Source: Halarcobacter sp.
GTDB taxonomy: Bacteria > Campylobacterota > Campylobacteria > Campylobacterales > Arcobacteraceae
Direction: 5' to 3'
DNA: 64,000 bases
Assembly (NCBI GenBank): GCA_048571215.1
Contig: CP182352.1
Location: 2,624,001-2,688,000 of the forward strand
Of the stretch, positions 11,185 to 20,975 are shown piece after piece; the first letter of the stretch is position 1; the number at the start of each line of letters is the position of its first letter. A program made the translations under genes and the position numbers. Below the pieces are notes generated by a model. It did not search any database, had not been told where the DNA came from, and was given only the letters and a program-made list of their open reading frames with translations.

Positions 11185-12548
11185 TTGCTATTAATAACCT
11201 TCTTAGCATCACTTAATATATCAGTAATTCTTGTTTTTATCCAGTTTCTATCCATCCACTCTACTGGATTTACTTCAATCCCTTGAACTAAAACTCCAAA
11301 ATGTAAATGGTCTCCAAAAACAGCACCTGTACTACCTGTATGTGCTATTTTATCTCCCCTATTTATTTTTTCACCAACATTGGTTAAAAATCTACTTGTA
11401 TGGGCATATAAAGTTTGCAAACCCCAACCGTGATCAACTATTAAAGTATTTCCATAAATACCTAGATAATCTGAAAATATAACCTCTCCACCATTTGATA
11501 TAGTAATTGTAGCATGTTTTATACTTGCCCAATCCATACCTAGATGCCAAGCTTCATCTATTTTTTGATCATCATAGAAGTATTCTCTTCTTTCTGCAAA
11601 CCCTGCAAAAGTTTTTGAGTTTCTTAATCTTTTAAAAGCTTTTATATTAAAATTATTAACTTTTTGTTTTGACATTTTTTCTAAAGAGACTTCTCTTATT
11701 TTATTAACATTTGCCTCTCTTAACTCTCTGTTTTGTTTAATAAAAATCTCTGCATTGTTTGAAGGGATATTTAGATTACTTTGTTGAAGTACAGGAACTG
11801 ATACTTTATTTATAAAATTTTCTGAGATATTTATCTTGTCATTTTTTATTTTTAAATCTTTTATATATAAAGGTACCTTAGATATGGTAGTGTTTTTTGC
11901 CTTATCAATTGCTATTAAGTTAACTCGTTCAAAATCCTCAACTCCAACTGGCCAAGCAATAATTGCAACATAATAGCCATCTTTTAAATAAGGAATTAAT
12001 TCAAATCTATATTTATCATTAAATGATATATAAAAATCTTGTAGATTTTTATCTTTTACTTCAACAACAACTGCTGCACTTCCACCTCTTCTTATATTGT
12101 ATGAGTTTCTAATTACATTTGCAATAGGTCTTGTTCTATCTATAACTAAATCAAAACTCTTAACTGTTTTATTTCCATTGAAAAAATTCCAACTACTATT
12201 ATCAACAACCTCAATAGTTAATTGGATTTTTTCAACACCTTTTGGTAAAGAAATACCATCTATATCAAAAACCAAATCTTGAAGTTTTGAGTTTATTTGT
12301 GCACTTTTTACAAGTTCATTTGTAGCACCATTTTTATAATAAACTCTATAAAACTTTATACCACTTTCATCATTTAGTTTTACTCTTAACTTATCTTTTA
12401 AATTCCAATATCCATTACTTTGTAATTCAACTTTTGGTGCATTTTTTTCAAATTTTGGTGAAAAATATACAAATACAACCGCTGCTGTTATCAATAATAA
12501 AAACATTATCACTAAAATATTTGTTATCTTATTCTTTTGTCGTCTCAA
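11181..12548 (-). CDS. M23 family peptidoglycan metallopeptidase
   Basis: N-terminal TM; HLGMD, YAH, GSTG...HLHF. Confidence 0.93.
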   Translation of the reverse strand: MRRQKNKITNILVIMFLLLITAAVVFVYFSPKFEKNAPKVELQSNGYWNLKDKLRVKLNDESGIKFYRVYYKNGATNELVKSAQINSKLQDLVFDIDGISLPKGVEKIQLTIEVVDNSSWNFFNGNKTVKSFDLVIDRTRPIANVIRNSYNIRRGGSAAVVVEVKDKNLQDFYISFNDKYRFELIPYLKDGYYVAIIAWPVGVEDFERVNLIAIDKAKNTTISKVPLYIKDLKIKNDKINISENFINKVSVPVLQQSNLNIPSNNAEIFIKQNRELREANVNKIREVSLEKMSKQKVNNFNIKAFKRLRNSKTFAGFAERREYFYDDQKIDEAWHLGMDWASIKHATITISNGGEVIFSDYLGIYGNTLIVDHGWGLQTLYAHTSRFLTNVGEKINRGDKIAHTGSTGAVFGDHLHFGVLVQGIEVNPVEWMDRNWIKTRITDILSDAKKVINSK

Positions 12549-13518
12549 GAATCTCCTTTAATACTACTTCTTTTGCTTCATCTAAATCTAAAGTTTCTAT
12601 GGAAAACCCAGCTGCATTTAGGTGTCCACCACCATCAAACCTCTTTGCAACTGCTGATACATCAATACTATCTTTTGAACGAATTGATACTCTAACTTTG
12701 CCATCTGATATTCTTAGAAAAAAAGCTATTTTAACTATACCTATACTTAATACCATATCTAACACAACTTCTGTGTCTCTTGCTTGTGCTCCACTCTCTT
12801 GTAACCATACTGGTCTAGCTAAGATTGAAGCTATGGCTCCTTCATTATAAAGCTCTAAACTATCCAAAACTTTTGGTATAGCTCTATATTTTGCTAAAGA
12901 ATCCCTTCTAACCAGTTTATTTGCTATTGCCGATGGATTTGCCCCACATTTAACTAAAAAATTTACCTTTTCAAAAGTTAACTCATCACATCTATTTATA
13001 GTAAAAGCTAAAGAATCATCATATATACCTACATAAAGCGCTGTTGCTGTATGTTTTGTAATATACAAACCGTTAAATTTGAAAAAATCATACACAACTT
13101 CTGCCGTTGAACTTTTTTCATAATTTACTATATTTATAAGACCAAAATTGTTATTTGATTGATGATGATCTATATTTATTAATGGAACATTCCCATCTAA
13201 CTCAAAACCAAATCTATTTACACTTCCACAATCAACACTAATAGCCAAATCAAAAAACTTTGGCATTACATTTGTTATTTTTTCATATCTTTGAATAAAA
13301 TCTAAATTACGAGGTAAGTTATCACTTATATTAAAAACTTTATGTTTGATTTTATTCTCTGCTAAAAAATTAGAAAGTGCCAAAGCAGATGATATTGTAT
13401 CCGCATCAGGATTCATATGAGTAATAATAAGTATATACCTACTCTTTTCTATCAAATCCAAGGCATCTTTGTATGAAGATAAATCAAGTTTATTATCCAC
13501 TATAAAATCTTTTTTCAT
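12529..13518 (-). CDS. DHH family phosphoesterase (NrnA-like)
   Basis: HMNPDAD, IDHH, GGGHLNAAG. Confidence 0.92.
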   Translation of the reverse strand: MKKDFIVDNKLDLSSYKDALDLIEKSRYILIITHMNPDADTISSALALSNFLAENKIKHKVFNISDNLPRNLDFIQRYEKITNVMPKFFDLAISVDCGSVNRFGFELDGNVPLINIDHHQSNNNFGLINIVNYEKSSTAEVVYDFFKFNGLYITKHTATALYVGIYDDSLAFTINRCDELTFEKVNFLVKCGANPSAIANKLVRRDSLAKYRAIPKVLDSLELYNEGAIASILARPVWLQESGAQARDTEVVLDMVLSIGIVKIAFFLRISDGKVRVSIRSKDSIDVSAVAKRFDGGGHLNAAGFSIETLDLDEAKEVVLKEILETTKE

Positions 13519-13562
13519 CTTTTAATTATGCCTTTGTTTCATTAACCAATAGTAAATACTTT

Positions 13563-14384
13563 CTAGTCAAATTTCATAGAAAAATCTAGCCATGTAGCTT
13601 GATGAATAATACTTCCACTACTTAAAGCATCAACCCCTGTCAAAGCAAACTCTCTAACAGTACTTAATGAGATATTCCCACTAGCTTCCAATAATACATG
13701 GGGATGATATTCATCCCTAAATTTAACCACATCTTTAATCTGTTCAGTAGTCATATTATCACACATTATAATATCAGCTCCCGATTCCATTGCTTCTTTT
13801 ACTTGCTCAAAGGTTTCACTTTCTATTTCTATTTTTGTAACCCAAGAGATTCTTTTTCTTGCATCTTTGATAAACGCTTTTAAATCTGTTATTGTTCTAA
13901 GGTGTGTATCTTTTAACATCAAACAATCATCAAGTCCAAGTCTATGATTGATAGCTCCACCTATTCTACTTGCATATTTTTCAAAATCTCTAAGTTGTGG
14001 TCTAGTTTTTCTAGTATCCAATAAAGCTACATTTAAATCTTCAATTTGTGAAGCAAACTTATTTGCCATAGTTGCAATACCACTTGCATGTTGAAGCATA
14101 TTTAAAAAAGTTCTTTCACTTGAAAGTAAAATAGAAGCTTTCCCCTCTAACTTTGCAATAACATCACCTTTTTGGAGCTTATCCCCATCATGCTTTAAAA
14201 ACTTACATTCAAACTTTTCTGTTTTTGCCAAAGCTTTTGCATACAATTCACCTGCAAAAATTCCTGCGTCTTTAGAGATAACTTTTGCTGTATATTTTCC
14301 TTTTGGGGCTATATCAAAAAATAAATCACCCCTACCATTATCTTCTATAATAGCATTTTTTACAAACTTTTTAATATTTATCAT
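13563..14384 (-). CDS. nadC: Nicotinate-nucleotide diphosphorylase (carboxylating)
   Basis: DTRKT, NHRLGLDD, LKDTH, EASGNI, LDFSM; start set at the ATG overlapping the nadA stop (ATGA). Confidence 0.96.
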   Translation of the reverse strand: MINIKKFVKNAIIEDNGRGDLFFDIAPKGKYTAKVISKDAGIFAGELYAKALAKTEKFECKFLKHDGDKLQKGDVIAKLEGKASILLSSERTFLNMLQHASGIATMANKFASQIEDLNVALLDTRKTRPQLRDFEKYASRIGGAINHRLGLDDCLMLKDTHLRTITDLKAFIKDARKRISWVTKIEIESETFEQVKEAMESGADIIMCDNMTTEQIKDVVKFRDEYHPHVLLEASGNISLSTVREFALTGVDALSSGSIIHQATWLDFSMKFD

Positions 14385-15370
14385 ACTTCTAGCATCCTCT
14401 CTAAAGCAATTTTTGCCCATTTTCTTACATTGTCATCAACTTTTATTAATGTTTCTTCATTGATAGTATTATCTTCAATTGATTTTAATGTTTTATATAC
14501 ATCTTCTAAAGTTGTTTCGTTCATAGTAGGACACTCTGGTTTTGTTGAACTTAAGATATATGTATTTTTTTCTCTTAATCTATTTACCATATTATATTCA
14601 GTTCCCACAACTACCTTTTGTTCTAATGGGAGTTTTTTAATATACTCTATTAATTGAGAAGTTGAACCAACAAAATCTGCCATATCACAAATAGCAGGAT
14701 CACACTCAGGATGTACTGCAACTAAAATATCTGGATATTTATTTCTATAAAACTCCACATCTTCTGTAGTAAATAGTTGATGGACAGAACAAAAACCATT
14801 ATAACAAATAATATCTGCTTCATTTAAATTAGTTCCATCACCCACTACTGCTGATTTTAGATTTAGTGATTTTGCAAAGTTTTGCCCTAAACACCTATCT
14901 GGTACAAAAAATATTTTTTTGCCAGACTCCAAACCTTTTTGGATAATTTTATAGGCATTTGAAGAGGTACAAACCATTCCACCAAGCTGTCCAACCTTTG
15001 CTTTAACAGCAGCACTTGAATTGATATAAGTTATTGGTAAAATATCTTCATTTTTAATCCCAGCTTCATTTATTTGCTTTAGATTTTGTTCAAAATATCC
15101 CTCATCTATCATCCTAGCCATTGCACAGCAAGCAATTTTTGGCATAAGAACAGTTTTTTCAGGACTCAATACCTTCACACTTTCACCCATAAATCCTACA
15201 CCACAAAAAACAATATATTTTGAAGTGCTTTCCTTGGCTTTTCTTGCCAATTCTAAAGAGTCTCCCGTAATATCAGCTAAGTCAAACACTTCATCTCTTT
15301 GATAAAAGTGTGCAACAAGTGTAACATCAAGCTCTTTTTTTAATCGTAATATCTCTTCTTTTAAATTCAA
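14381..15370 (-). CDS. nadA: Quinolinate synthase
   Basis: AHFYQ, GDSLEL, FCGV.FM.E, YINSSA, CTSSNA, HPEC, GSTS. Confidence 0.97.
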   Translation of the reverse strand: MNLKEEILRLKKELDVTLVAHFYQRDEVFDLADITGDSLELARKAKESTSKYIVFCGVGFMGESVKVLSPEKTVLMPKIACCAMARMIDEGYFEQNLKQINEAGIKNEDILPITYINSSAAVKAKVGQLGGMVCTSSNAYKIIQKGLESGKKIFFVPDRCLGQNFAKSLNLKSAVVGDGTNLNEADIICYNGFCSVHQLFTTEDVEFYRNKYPDILVAVHPECDPAICDMADFVGSTSQLIEYIKKLPLEQKVVVGTEYNMVNRLREKNTYILSSTKPECPTMNETTLEDVYKTLKSIEDNTINEETLIKVDDNVRKWAKIALERMLEV

Positions 15371-15485
15371 TGTAAACCTTTAGAATTAAATAAATCATCA
15401 CTTATATAAATTAAAAGGGAATATAACAAAATTTTAGTTATAATCCATTTAATTAAAATTAACAAATTATTTCATAAGGTTTCAA

Positions 15486-16109
15486 ATGGATTTTTTACTA
15501 AATTTCAATATCTTGTTTTATCTGATAGCATACTTAGCAGGTTCAATACCTTTTGGACTTTTATTGGCAAAAATATTTGCAAATGTAAACATAAAAGAGC
15601 AAGGTAGTAAAAGTATAGGTGCAACAAATGTTTTAAGAGTTGTAAAAGAAAAAGACCCAAAATTAGCAAAAAAACTAAGTGTTGCTACTGTTATTTTAGA
15701 TGCACTTAAAGGTGCTATTATTTTACTAGTAGCCTTAGCTTTAGATGCTTCTGCTTCAACCCTTTGGGCTATTGCAGTTTTGAGTGTTTTAGGGCATTGT
15801 TACTCTATATTTTTAGGATTAGATGGTGGGAAAGGGGTTGCCACAGGACTTGGTGTATTTTTAGTTCTTATTCCAATACCTACTTTAATAGGAGCTGTTG
15901 TTTGGATATTTTGTGCTAAAGTTTTAAAAATATCATCTCTATCTTCACTTTTAGGATTAACAGCGGTTGTAATTGCAGCTATTCTACTTAACAATGGTTT
16001 AGATGTTGAAAGTAATGCACCTATGTATTTTATAGCATTTATTATCTATTATAAACATATACCAAATTTAGTAAGACTTGTAAAAGGGGAAGAGAAAAGA
16101 GTTGTATAA
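15486..16109 (+). CDS. plsY: Glycerol-3-phosphate 1-O-acyltransferase
   Basis: GSIPFG, GATNVLR, GH.....GGKGVAT, HIPNL.RL. Confidence 0.96.
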   Translation: MDFLLNFNILFYLIAYLAGSIPFGLLLAKIFANVNIKEQGSKSIGATNVLRVVKEKDPKLAKKLSVATVILDALKGAIILLVALALDASASTLWAIAVLSVLGHCYSIFLGLDGGKGVATGLGVFLVLIPIPTLIGAVVWIFCAKVLKISSLSSLLGLTAVVIAAILLNNGLDVESNAPMYFIAFIIYYKHIPNLVRLVKGEEKRVV

Positions 16110-16141
16110 AACTCATTTCTCTTTATTAAAATTTAACAAGA

Positions 16142-16459
16142 ATGAAAATTTGTATAGAAAACCTAAGTTTCAATACTATAATTGGAATACTTCCCTTTGA
16201 AAGGGAAAATCCCCAAGAAGTTATAATAAACCTTTCATTTAAATACAAATTCAAAACTGCTAATAGTTTTATAGATTATTCTATTATTGCAAATGAGATT
16301 GAAGCTATCTTTAAAAAAGAAAAATTTGAACTTTTAGAAGATTCTATTATCTATATAGAAAAATATCTTCAAAAAAAATATCCCATAAAAAAACTTAAAA
16401 TAAAAGTATCTAAACCAAATATTTTAACAAATTGTATAGTTTCTTTAAAAAACAAATAA
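16142..16459 (+). CDS. folB: Dihydroneopterin aldolase
   Basis: IIGILPFER..Q, IDYS, LLE, VSKP. Confidence 0.9.
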   Translation: MKICIENLSFNTIIGILPFERENPQEVIINLSFKYKFKTANSFIDYSIIANEIEAIFKKEKFELLEDSIIYIEKYLQKKYPIKKLKIKVSKPNILTNCIVSLKNK

Positions 16460-16551
16460 AAAGAAAAAAAGATAATTTAAAAATAAACTTAAATTTCCCA
16501 TGAAATCCCTTTATTGAGGTTAATTTAAGAAAACTTTAATATTTACTCATG

Positions 16552-16653
16552 TAGAATTTGCATAACGGTCTACTGGAAAGTACCTAAGATAAATTCTTAG
16601 GTTGTTCGCGCGTCCAGTTCACTGATTATAAATTTCGAAATTTAGGAGAACAA
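16552..16653 (+). promoter_or_regulatory. Putative -10 box (TAGAAT) and structured 5' leader of the major porin gene
   Basis: TAGAAT at 16552-16557; nested stems ACTGGA/TCCAGT and ACCTAAGA/TCTTAGGT; AGGAG SD at 16644. Confidence 0.55.
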
Positions 16654-17763
16654 ATGAAAAAATTCGCAAAAATGAGTTTAGTAGCTGCTGTTGCAGTAGC
16701 TGGTTTTACTTCGGCTAACGCTAAAGATTTATCTGAAGCAATTAAAGGTGTAGATGTATCTGGTACAGTTGCATATAGATATGATGATAGAGATAAAAAC
16801 AATTCAAATCTAACAACTAACTCTTACAAAATTGCAATCAATACTAAATCTGTGATTAATGATGATTTAGCATTTAATGCAAGAACTATTATTGGTAATG
16901 GTGCTGATAATATGGCTGTAGTTAGTAGTGCAGGTGCAGACGGTGCTGCTGCGTTCGGTTTAACTCAAGCAAACTTCTCATATACTGGATTTGCTAATAC
17001 TACAATTATTGCTGGTAAACAAGCTGTTCCTTCACCATTTGCAGTAGCTGCTGATTATGCTGGTGATGAAGATACTGGTAATGGTTTAACTGTAGTTTCA
17101 AGTTTTGGAGCTGTTACTTTAGCTGGTACTTATTTACAAAATACTAACTTAGCTACTGCTGGTCAAGCAATTGCTGGTGTAGGTATCTTAGGAGCTCTTG
17201 GTCCTGTTAATTTAGATGGTTGGTACTTAAATGTAAAAGACGCAGCTGCTAATAACGGACACAAAGCTTATACTGTTGGTGCAAGTGCAAACATCGAAAT
17301 GGTTAAAGTATATGGTAGATATTCTGCTGTTGATCATGATGGTGGTGATAAAGAATCATTATGGAAAATTGGAGCAAGCGCTAAACTTGGTATTGTTGGT
17401 TTAGGTATTGATTATGGTGAAACTAATGATCCTACTGGAGGAAGAGTAACTGGTGTTGAATTAACAGGTGATGCTGATGCTGATGTATCTTTACAAGGTT
17501 GGGGTGTTGCTTTAACTCAAGCAGATGCTTCTTTAGTAAAAGTTAATGCTAATGCTGATGTAGCTCCTGGATTAAACTTATCTGTAACTTATACTGATTT
17601 ATCAGTTGATGCTATTGGTGGTACAGATGTAGATGAAGTATATGGTCAAGTATCATATAAAATGGGTAAAAACCTTTCAACTTATGTTAGATATGGACAA
17701 ATTGACCCACAAGGTGCTCCTTCAGGAGACAGAGGTAGAATTCAAGTACTTTACACTTTCTAA
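16654..17763 (+). CDS. porA: Major outer membrane porin (Campylobacterota MOMP family)
   Basis: MKKFAKMSLVAAVAVAG signal, LSEAIKGVDVSG...YRY, C-terminal YTF; codon bias suggests high expression. Confidence 0.9.
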   Translation: MKKFAKMSLVAAVAVAGFTSANAKDLSEAIKGVDVSGTVAYRYDDRDKNNSNLTTNSYKIAINTKSVINDDLAFNARTIIGNGADNMAVVSSAGADGAAAFGLTQANFSYTGFANTTIIAGKQAVPSPFAVAADYAGDEDTGNGLTVVSSFGAVTLAGTYLQNTNLATAGQAIAGVGILGALGPVNLDGWYLNVKDAAANNGHKAYTVGASANIEMVKVYGRYSAVDHDGGDKESLWKIGASAKLGIVGLGIDYGETNDPTGGRVTGVELTGDADADVSLQGWGVALTQADASLVKVNANADVAPGLNLSVTYTDLSVDAIGGTDVDEVYGQVSYKMGKNLSTYVRYGQIDPQGAPSGDRGRIQVLYTF

Positions 17764-17793
17764 TCATCTGATTATTAGGTTACTAAACTTACT

Positions 17794-17825
17794 AAAGGTT
17801 AGAGGTTTTCCTCTAACCTTTTTTT
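17794..17825 (+). terminator. Rho-independent terminator after porA
   Basis: AAAGGTTAGAGG-tttt-CCTCTAACCTTT followed by T-run. Confidence 0.9.
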
Positions 17826-17898
17826 ATGCACTTTTTAATATTACTTATTACTAAATATAATTATGGTAAAATCTTCAAAACTTTTATAAGGAAAAATT

Positions 17899-18519
17899 TT
17901 GAATAAAAAACTACTTATTATAATATTTAGCTCGCTTTCACTTTTTGCACAAACAACTATGTGTTATAAAGAAAATGTTACTTCAATGTCAGGGATAGAT
18001 GATATAAAACTTGATGGGGGAGATTGTCAAGGAGATAAATCATTAAATGATATGAAAGAATTGGGTTGGAGTGTAGATGATATAAATATCACAAAAGCTA
18101 ACAAGGGTATGAATTATATCTACATACTAAAAAATGAGACTCAATATAGTAAAAATGATATAGACAAAATCGAACAAAAGATTGTAGAAAGGCTAGAAAA
18201 GAAAAAAGTCGAAGATAAAAAAAGAAGAATTAAAGAGATAAAAATAAAAATGTCCAGAGAAGGTAAAGTTAAATATGTTCAAAAATGTCAATCTTGTCAT
18301 GGTGAAAAAGGTGAGGTGGAATATAGAACCTCAAGGGCAATTAATACCTTATCTCTTCAAGAATTTATTACAACAATAAGAGATTATGATTTAAGACAAT
18401 ATGATAGGGGGCAAGCTATAGTAATGTATCCTTATGCAAATGTTTTAGACTCTAGTGCCATAAAAAATGTTTACTTATATCTAGAATCTTTAAAACCTAA
18501 AAAAGAGGAAACTAAATAA
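17899..18519 (+). CDS. Exported monoheme c-type cytochrome domain protein
   Basis: Signal peptide; CQSCH heme motif; distal Met (VMYPYA). Confidence 0.8.
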   Translation: MNKKLLIIIFSSLSLFAQTTMCYKENVTSMSGIDDIKLDGGDCQGDKSLNDMKELGWSVDDINITKANKGMNYIYILKNETQYSKNDIDKIEQKIVERLEKKKVEDKKRRIKEIKIKMSREGKVKYVQKCQSCHGEKGEVEYRTSRAINTLSLQEFITTIRDYDLRQYDRGQAIVMYPYANVLDSSAIKNVYLYLESLKPKKEETK

Positions 18520-18522
18520 TAT

Positions 18523-19617
18523 ATGGATGCATATGAGTATAGTGAACTTTTAAAGCTATTAAATAAAAAGTTAGAGAATATAAAGGGTATTTTAAAACCT
18601 GAACTATTAAATAAAAGATTAAAAGAGATAGAAAATTTAGAATCAGATCAAGAATTTTGGCAAGATGTAGAAACTGCAACAAAAATTGGTATTGAAAAAA
18701 ATAGACTTTTAAGTAAATTAGCAAAGTTTAACAAAGCTAATGATGCCTTAAAAGGGACAAATGAATTATTTGAACTAGCAAATGAAGAGAAAGATGAAGA
18801 GACTTTTGAATTATTACATGAAGAAGCTAGTGATTTAAATGAGCTTATAAAATCTACTGAAATCTCTGTTATGTTAAGCTCTCCTGATGATGCTTCAAAT
18901 GCTATTGTATCAATTCATCCAGGAGCAGGTGGTACAGAATCCCAAGATTGGGCTAGCATTTTATATAGAATGTATCTAAGATGGGCAGAAAGAAAAAACT
19001 TCAAAGTGGAACTTCTTGATTATCAAGATGGAGAAGAAGCTGGAATAAAAGATGTTTCCTTTATAATAAAAGGTGAAAATGCATATGGATATCTAAAAGC
19101 TGAAAATGGTATCCATAGATTAGTTAGAATCTCTCCTTTTGATTCAAATGCGAAAAGACACACCTCTTTTGCATCTGTTATGATAAGTCCTGAGATTGAC
19201 GACAATATAAATATAGAGATAGAAGAGAAAGATTTAAGAATAGATACCTATAGGGCAAGTGGTGCAGGTGGTCAACATGTAAATAAAACAGAATCTGCAA
19301 TTAGAATTACACATATTCCAACAAATATAGTTGTACAATGTCAAAATGATAGATCACAACATAAAAATAAAGCAAGTGCAATGAAGATGCTTAAATCTAG
19401 ACTATATGAACTAGAATTAGAAAAACAAAAAGCTACATCTGATGGTATTGAAAAAAGTGAAATTGGCTGGGGACATCAAATCAGATCTTATGTACTTCAA
19501 CCATATCAGCAAGTAAAAGATACAAGAAGTGGTATAGGCTACTCAAATGTTGATGCTATTTTAGACGGAGATATTAGTAAAATTATTGAAGATGTCTTAA
19601 TTGCTACTTCTAAATAG
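18523..19617 (+). CDS. prfB: Peptide chain release factor 2
   Basis: SPF anticodon motif and GGQ; one continuous ORF with no frameshift. Confidence 0.98.
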   Translation: MDAYEYSELLKLLNKKLENIKGILKPELLNKRLKEIENLESDQEFWQDVETATKIGIEKNRLLSKLAKFNKANDALKGTNELFELANEEKDEETFELLHEEASDLNELIKSTEISVMLSSPDDASNAIVSIHPGAGGTESQDWASILYRMYLRWAERKNFKVELLDYQDGEEAGIKDVSFIIKGENAYGYLKAENGIHRLVRISPFDSNAKRHTSFASVMISPEIDDNINIEIEEKDLRIDTYRASGAGGQHVNKTESAIRITHIPTNIVVQCQNDRSQHKNKASAMKMLKSRLYELELEKQKATSDGIEKSEIGWGHQIRSYVLQPYQQVKDTRSGIGYSNVDAILDGDISKIIEDVLIATSK

Positions 19618-19629
19618 TTGTTAAGTTAA

Positions 19630-19657
19630 GTAAGTTTGTATATTTATACAAACTTAC
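19630..19657. terminator. Hairpin between convergent prfB and porin genes
   Basis: GTAAGTTTGTAT-attt-ATACAAACTTAC perfect 12 bp stem. Confidence 0.7.
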
Positions 19658-19672
19658 CAACTTAAAAACTTA

Positions 19673-20758
19673 CTAAAAAGAATAAGTTAGATTTGCATAT
19701 ACTTTGTCAAAATCACCAGTTAGACCTTTATCATCATAATCTACATATGTGATTGCTCCTGATAATTGTTCTGAAAAGTTATATTCAGCAATCAAGTTTA
19801 ATTCATCTGCATCACCACCTGCTGTTTCAGTAGTTCCATAAATCGCAGTTAATGCAATACCCGAAATCTCATAAGATAAGCTTCCATATACAGTTTCTTC
19901 ATCAGCTCCATAAGCATATCCAGCTTCATCAAGTGGATTCATATTATCCCCATATGCAGGGATACTACCAGCACCAACTGTTTTATCAGTTCCAATATAA
20001 CCTAATGCTGCACTAATTCCAGCAAATTTTGCTCTTGCTTCTAAATTGTAAACATCTCCATCAGGTCCAGTATCTTCACTTGAGGCTGCATAATGTGCTG
20101 TAAATCCAAACATATCATTATCATAACTAGCTTTCAAACCATAAAAATCTGCAACATCAGGTGCACTATAAAAGTATGGATTTAATTCAACATTTTCAAT
20201 ACCATTATATTTTACATCTAAAACATAAGCCCCATCTTTTGTGATTTCAGAAAAATCATCTACATGATCAAATCCAATCTCAGCTTGTCTGTCTGTATAA
20301 CCTAAAACAATTGTAGTATCTGGAACTGCTGTAATACCTGCAACAACAGATTCATTATAATCACCTAGCCATTCTAAATCAATCTCTTGTCTACCAACAG
20401 ATAAGAAAAAATTTTCATTTGCATATTTAATCACTGCTGTGTGAGCAATTGCATCATTTGCAATTTCACCTGCATAATCCCCATTGTTTTCTTCATCAAA
20501 CTCATGTTGTGCTCTAAATCCTATTGCTGCACTAAAACCATTTACGGTATCTGTTTCAAATCCTAAACCAATAGAACCTACTGTAAAACCTGCATCTGCT
20601 GCTCCTGAATTATCTTGTGTTACAGTATAAACTGTAATATCACCAGAGGTTTTACCATTTGCAAAGGCATCTTTTATACTATTTGATTCAGCAAAGGCTG
20701 ATGTTGAAACTAGCAATAAACTACTAGCTAGTAAACTTAATTTTATTTTCTTATTCAT
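19673..20758 (-). CDS. Opr/OprD-like outer membrane porin
   Basis: Signal peptide, SIKDAFANGKTSG, VGRQEIDLEW, alternating beta-strands, C-terminal YSF. Confidence 0.85.
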   Translation of the reverse strand: MNKKIKLSLLASSLLLVSTSAFAESNSIKDAFANGKTSGDITVYTVTQDNSGAADAGFTVGSIGLGFETDTVNGFSAAIGFRAQHEFDEENNGDYAGEIANDAIAHTAVIKYANENFFLSVGRQEIDLEWLGDYNESVVAGITAVPDTTIVLGYTDRQAEIGFDHVDDFSEITKDGAYVLDVKYNGIENVELNPYFYSAPDVADFYGLKASYDNDMFGFTAHYAASSEDTGPDGDVYNLEARAKFAGISAALGYIGTDKTVGAGSIPAYGDNMNPLDEAGYAYGADEETVYGSLSYEISGIALTAIYGTTETAGGDADELNLIAEYNFSEQLSGAITYVDYDDKGLTGDFDKVYANLTYSF

Positions 20759-20904
20759 TTTATATTTCCTTGTGTTTATTAAATATTCTCGCGTAAAATA
20801 TTTTTTTAGAAGAACATATGAAATGTTATCAATAATTAATATTAATATCTATAGATTTCTGTTTATAAATTAAACAAATACATATTATAAGCATTAATTT
20901 GATT

Positions 20905-20923
20905 AATAATGATATCCATTTTC
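20905..20923. promoter_or_regulatory. Putative Fur box upstream of the porin gene
   Basis: AATAATGATATCCATTTTC matches GATAATGATAATCATTATC at 15/19; minus-strand TATAAT at 20884-20889. Confidence 0.6.
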
Positions 20924-20975
20924 AAAATTGATTCTAGCCAATTTAATCTAAAACTTTTCTTATTTGATTATTTTT

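Noticed and set aside
17633..17854. 73-aa ORF overlapping the porA 3' end
   Set aside because: Out-of-frame overlap that runs through the terminator; no SD or motif
18523..18620. Programmed +1 frameshift in prfB
   Set aside because: The ORF is continuous and has no CTT-TGA slippery site, so there is nothing unusual to report
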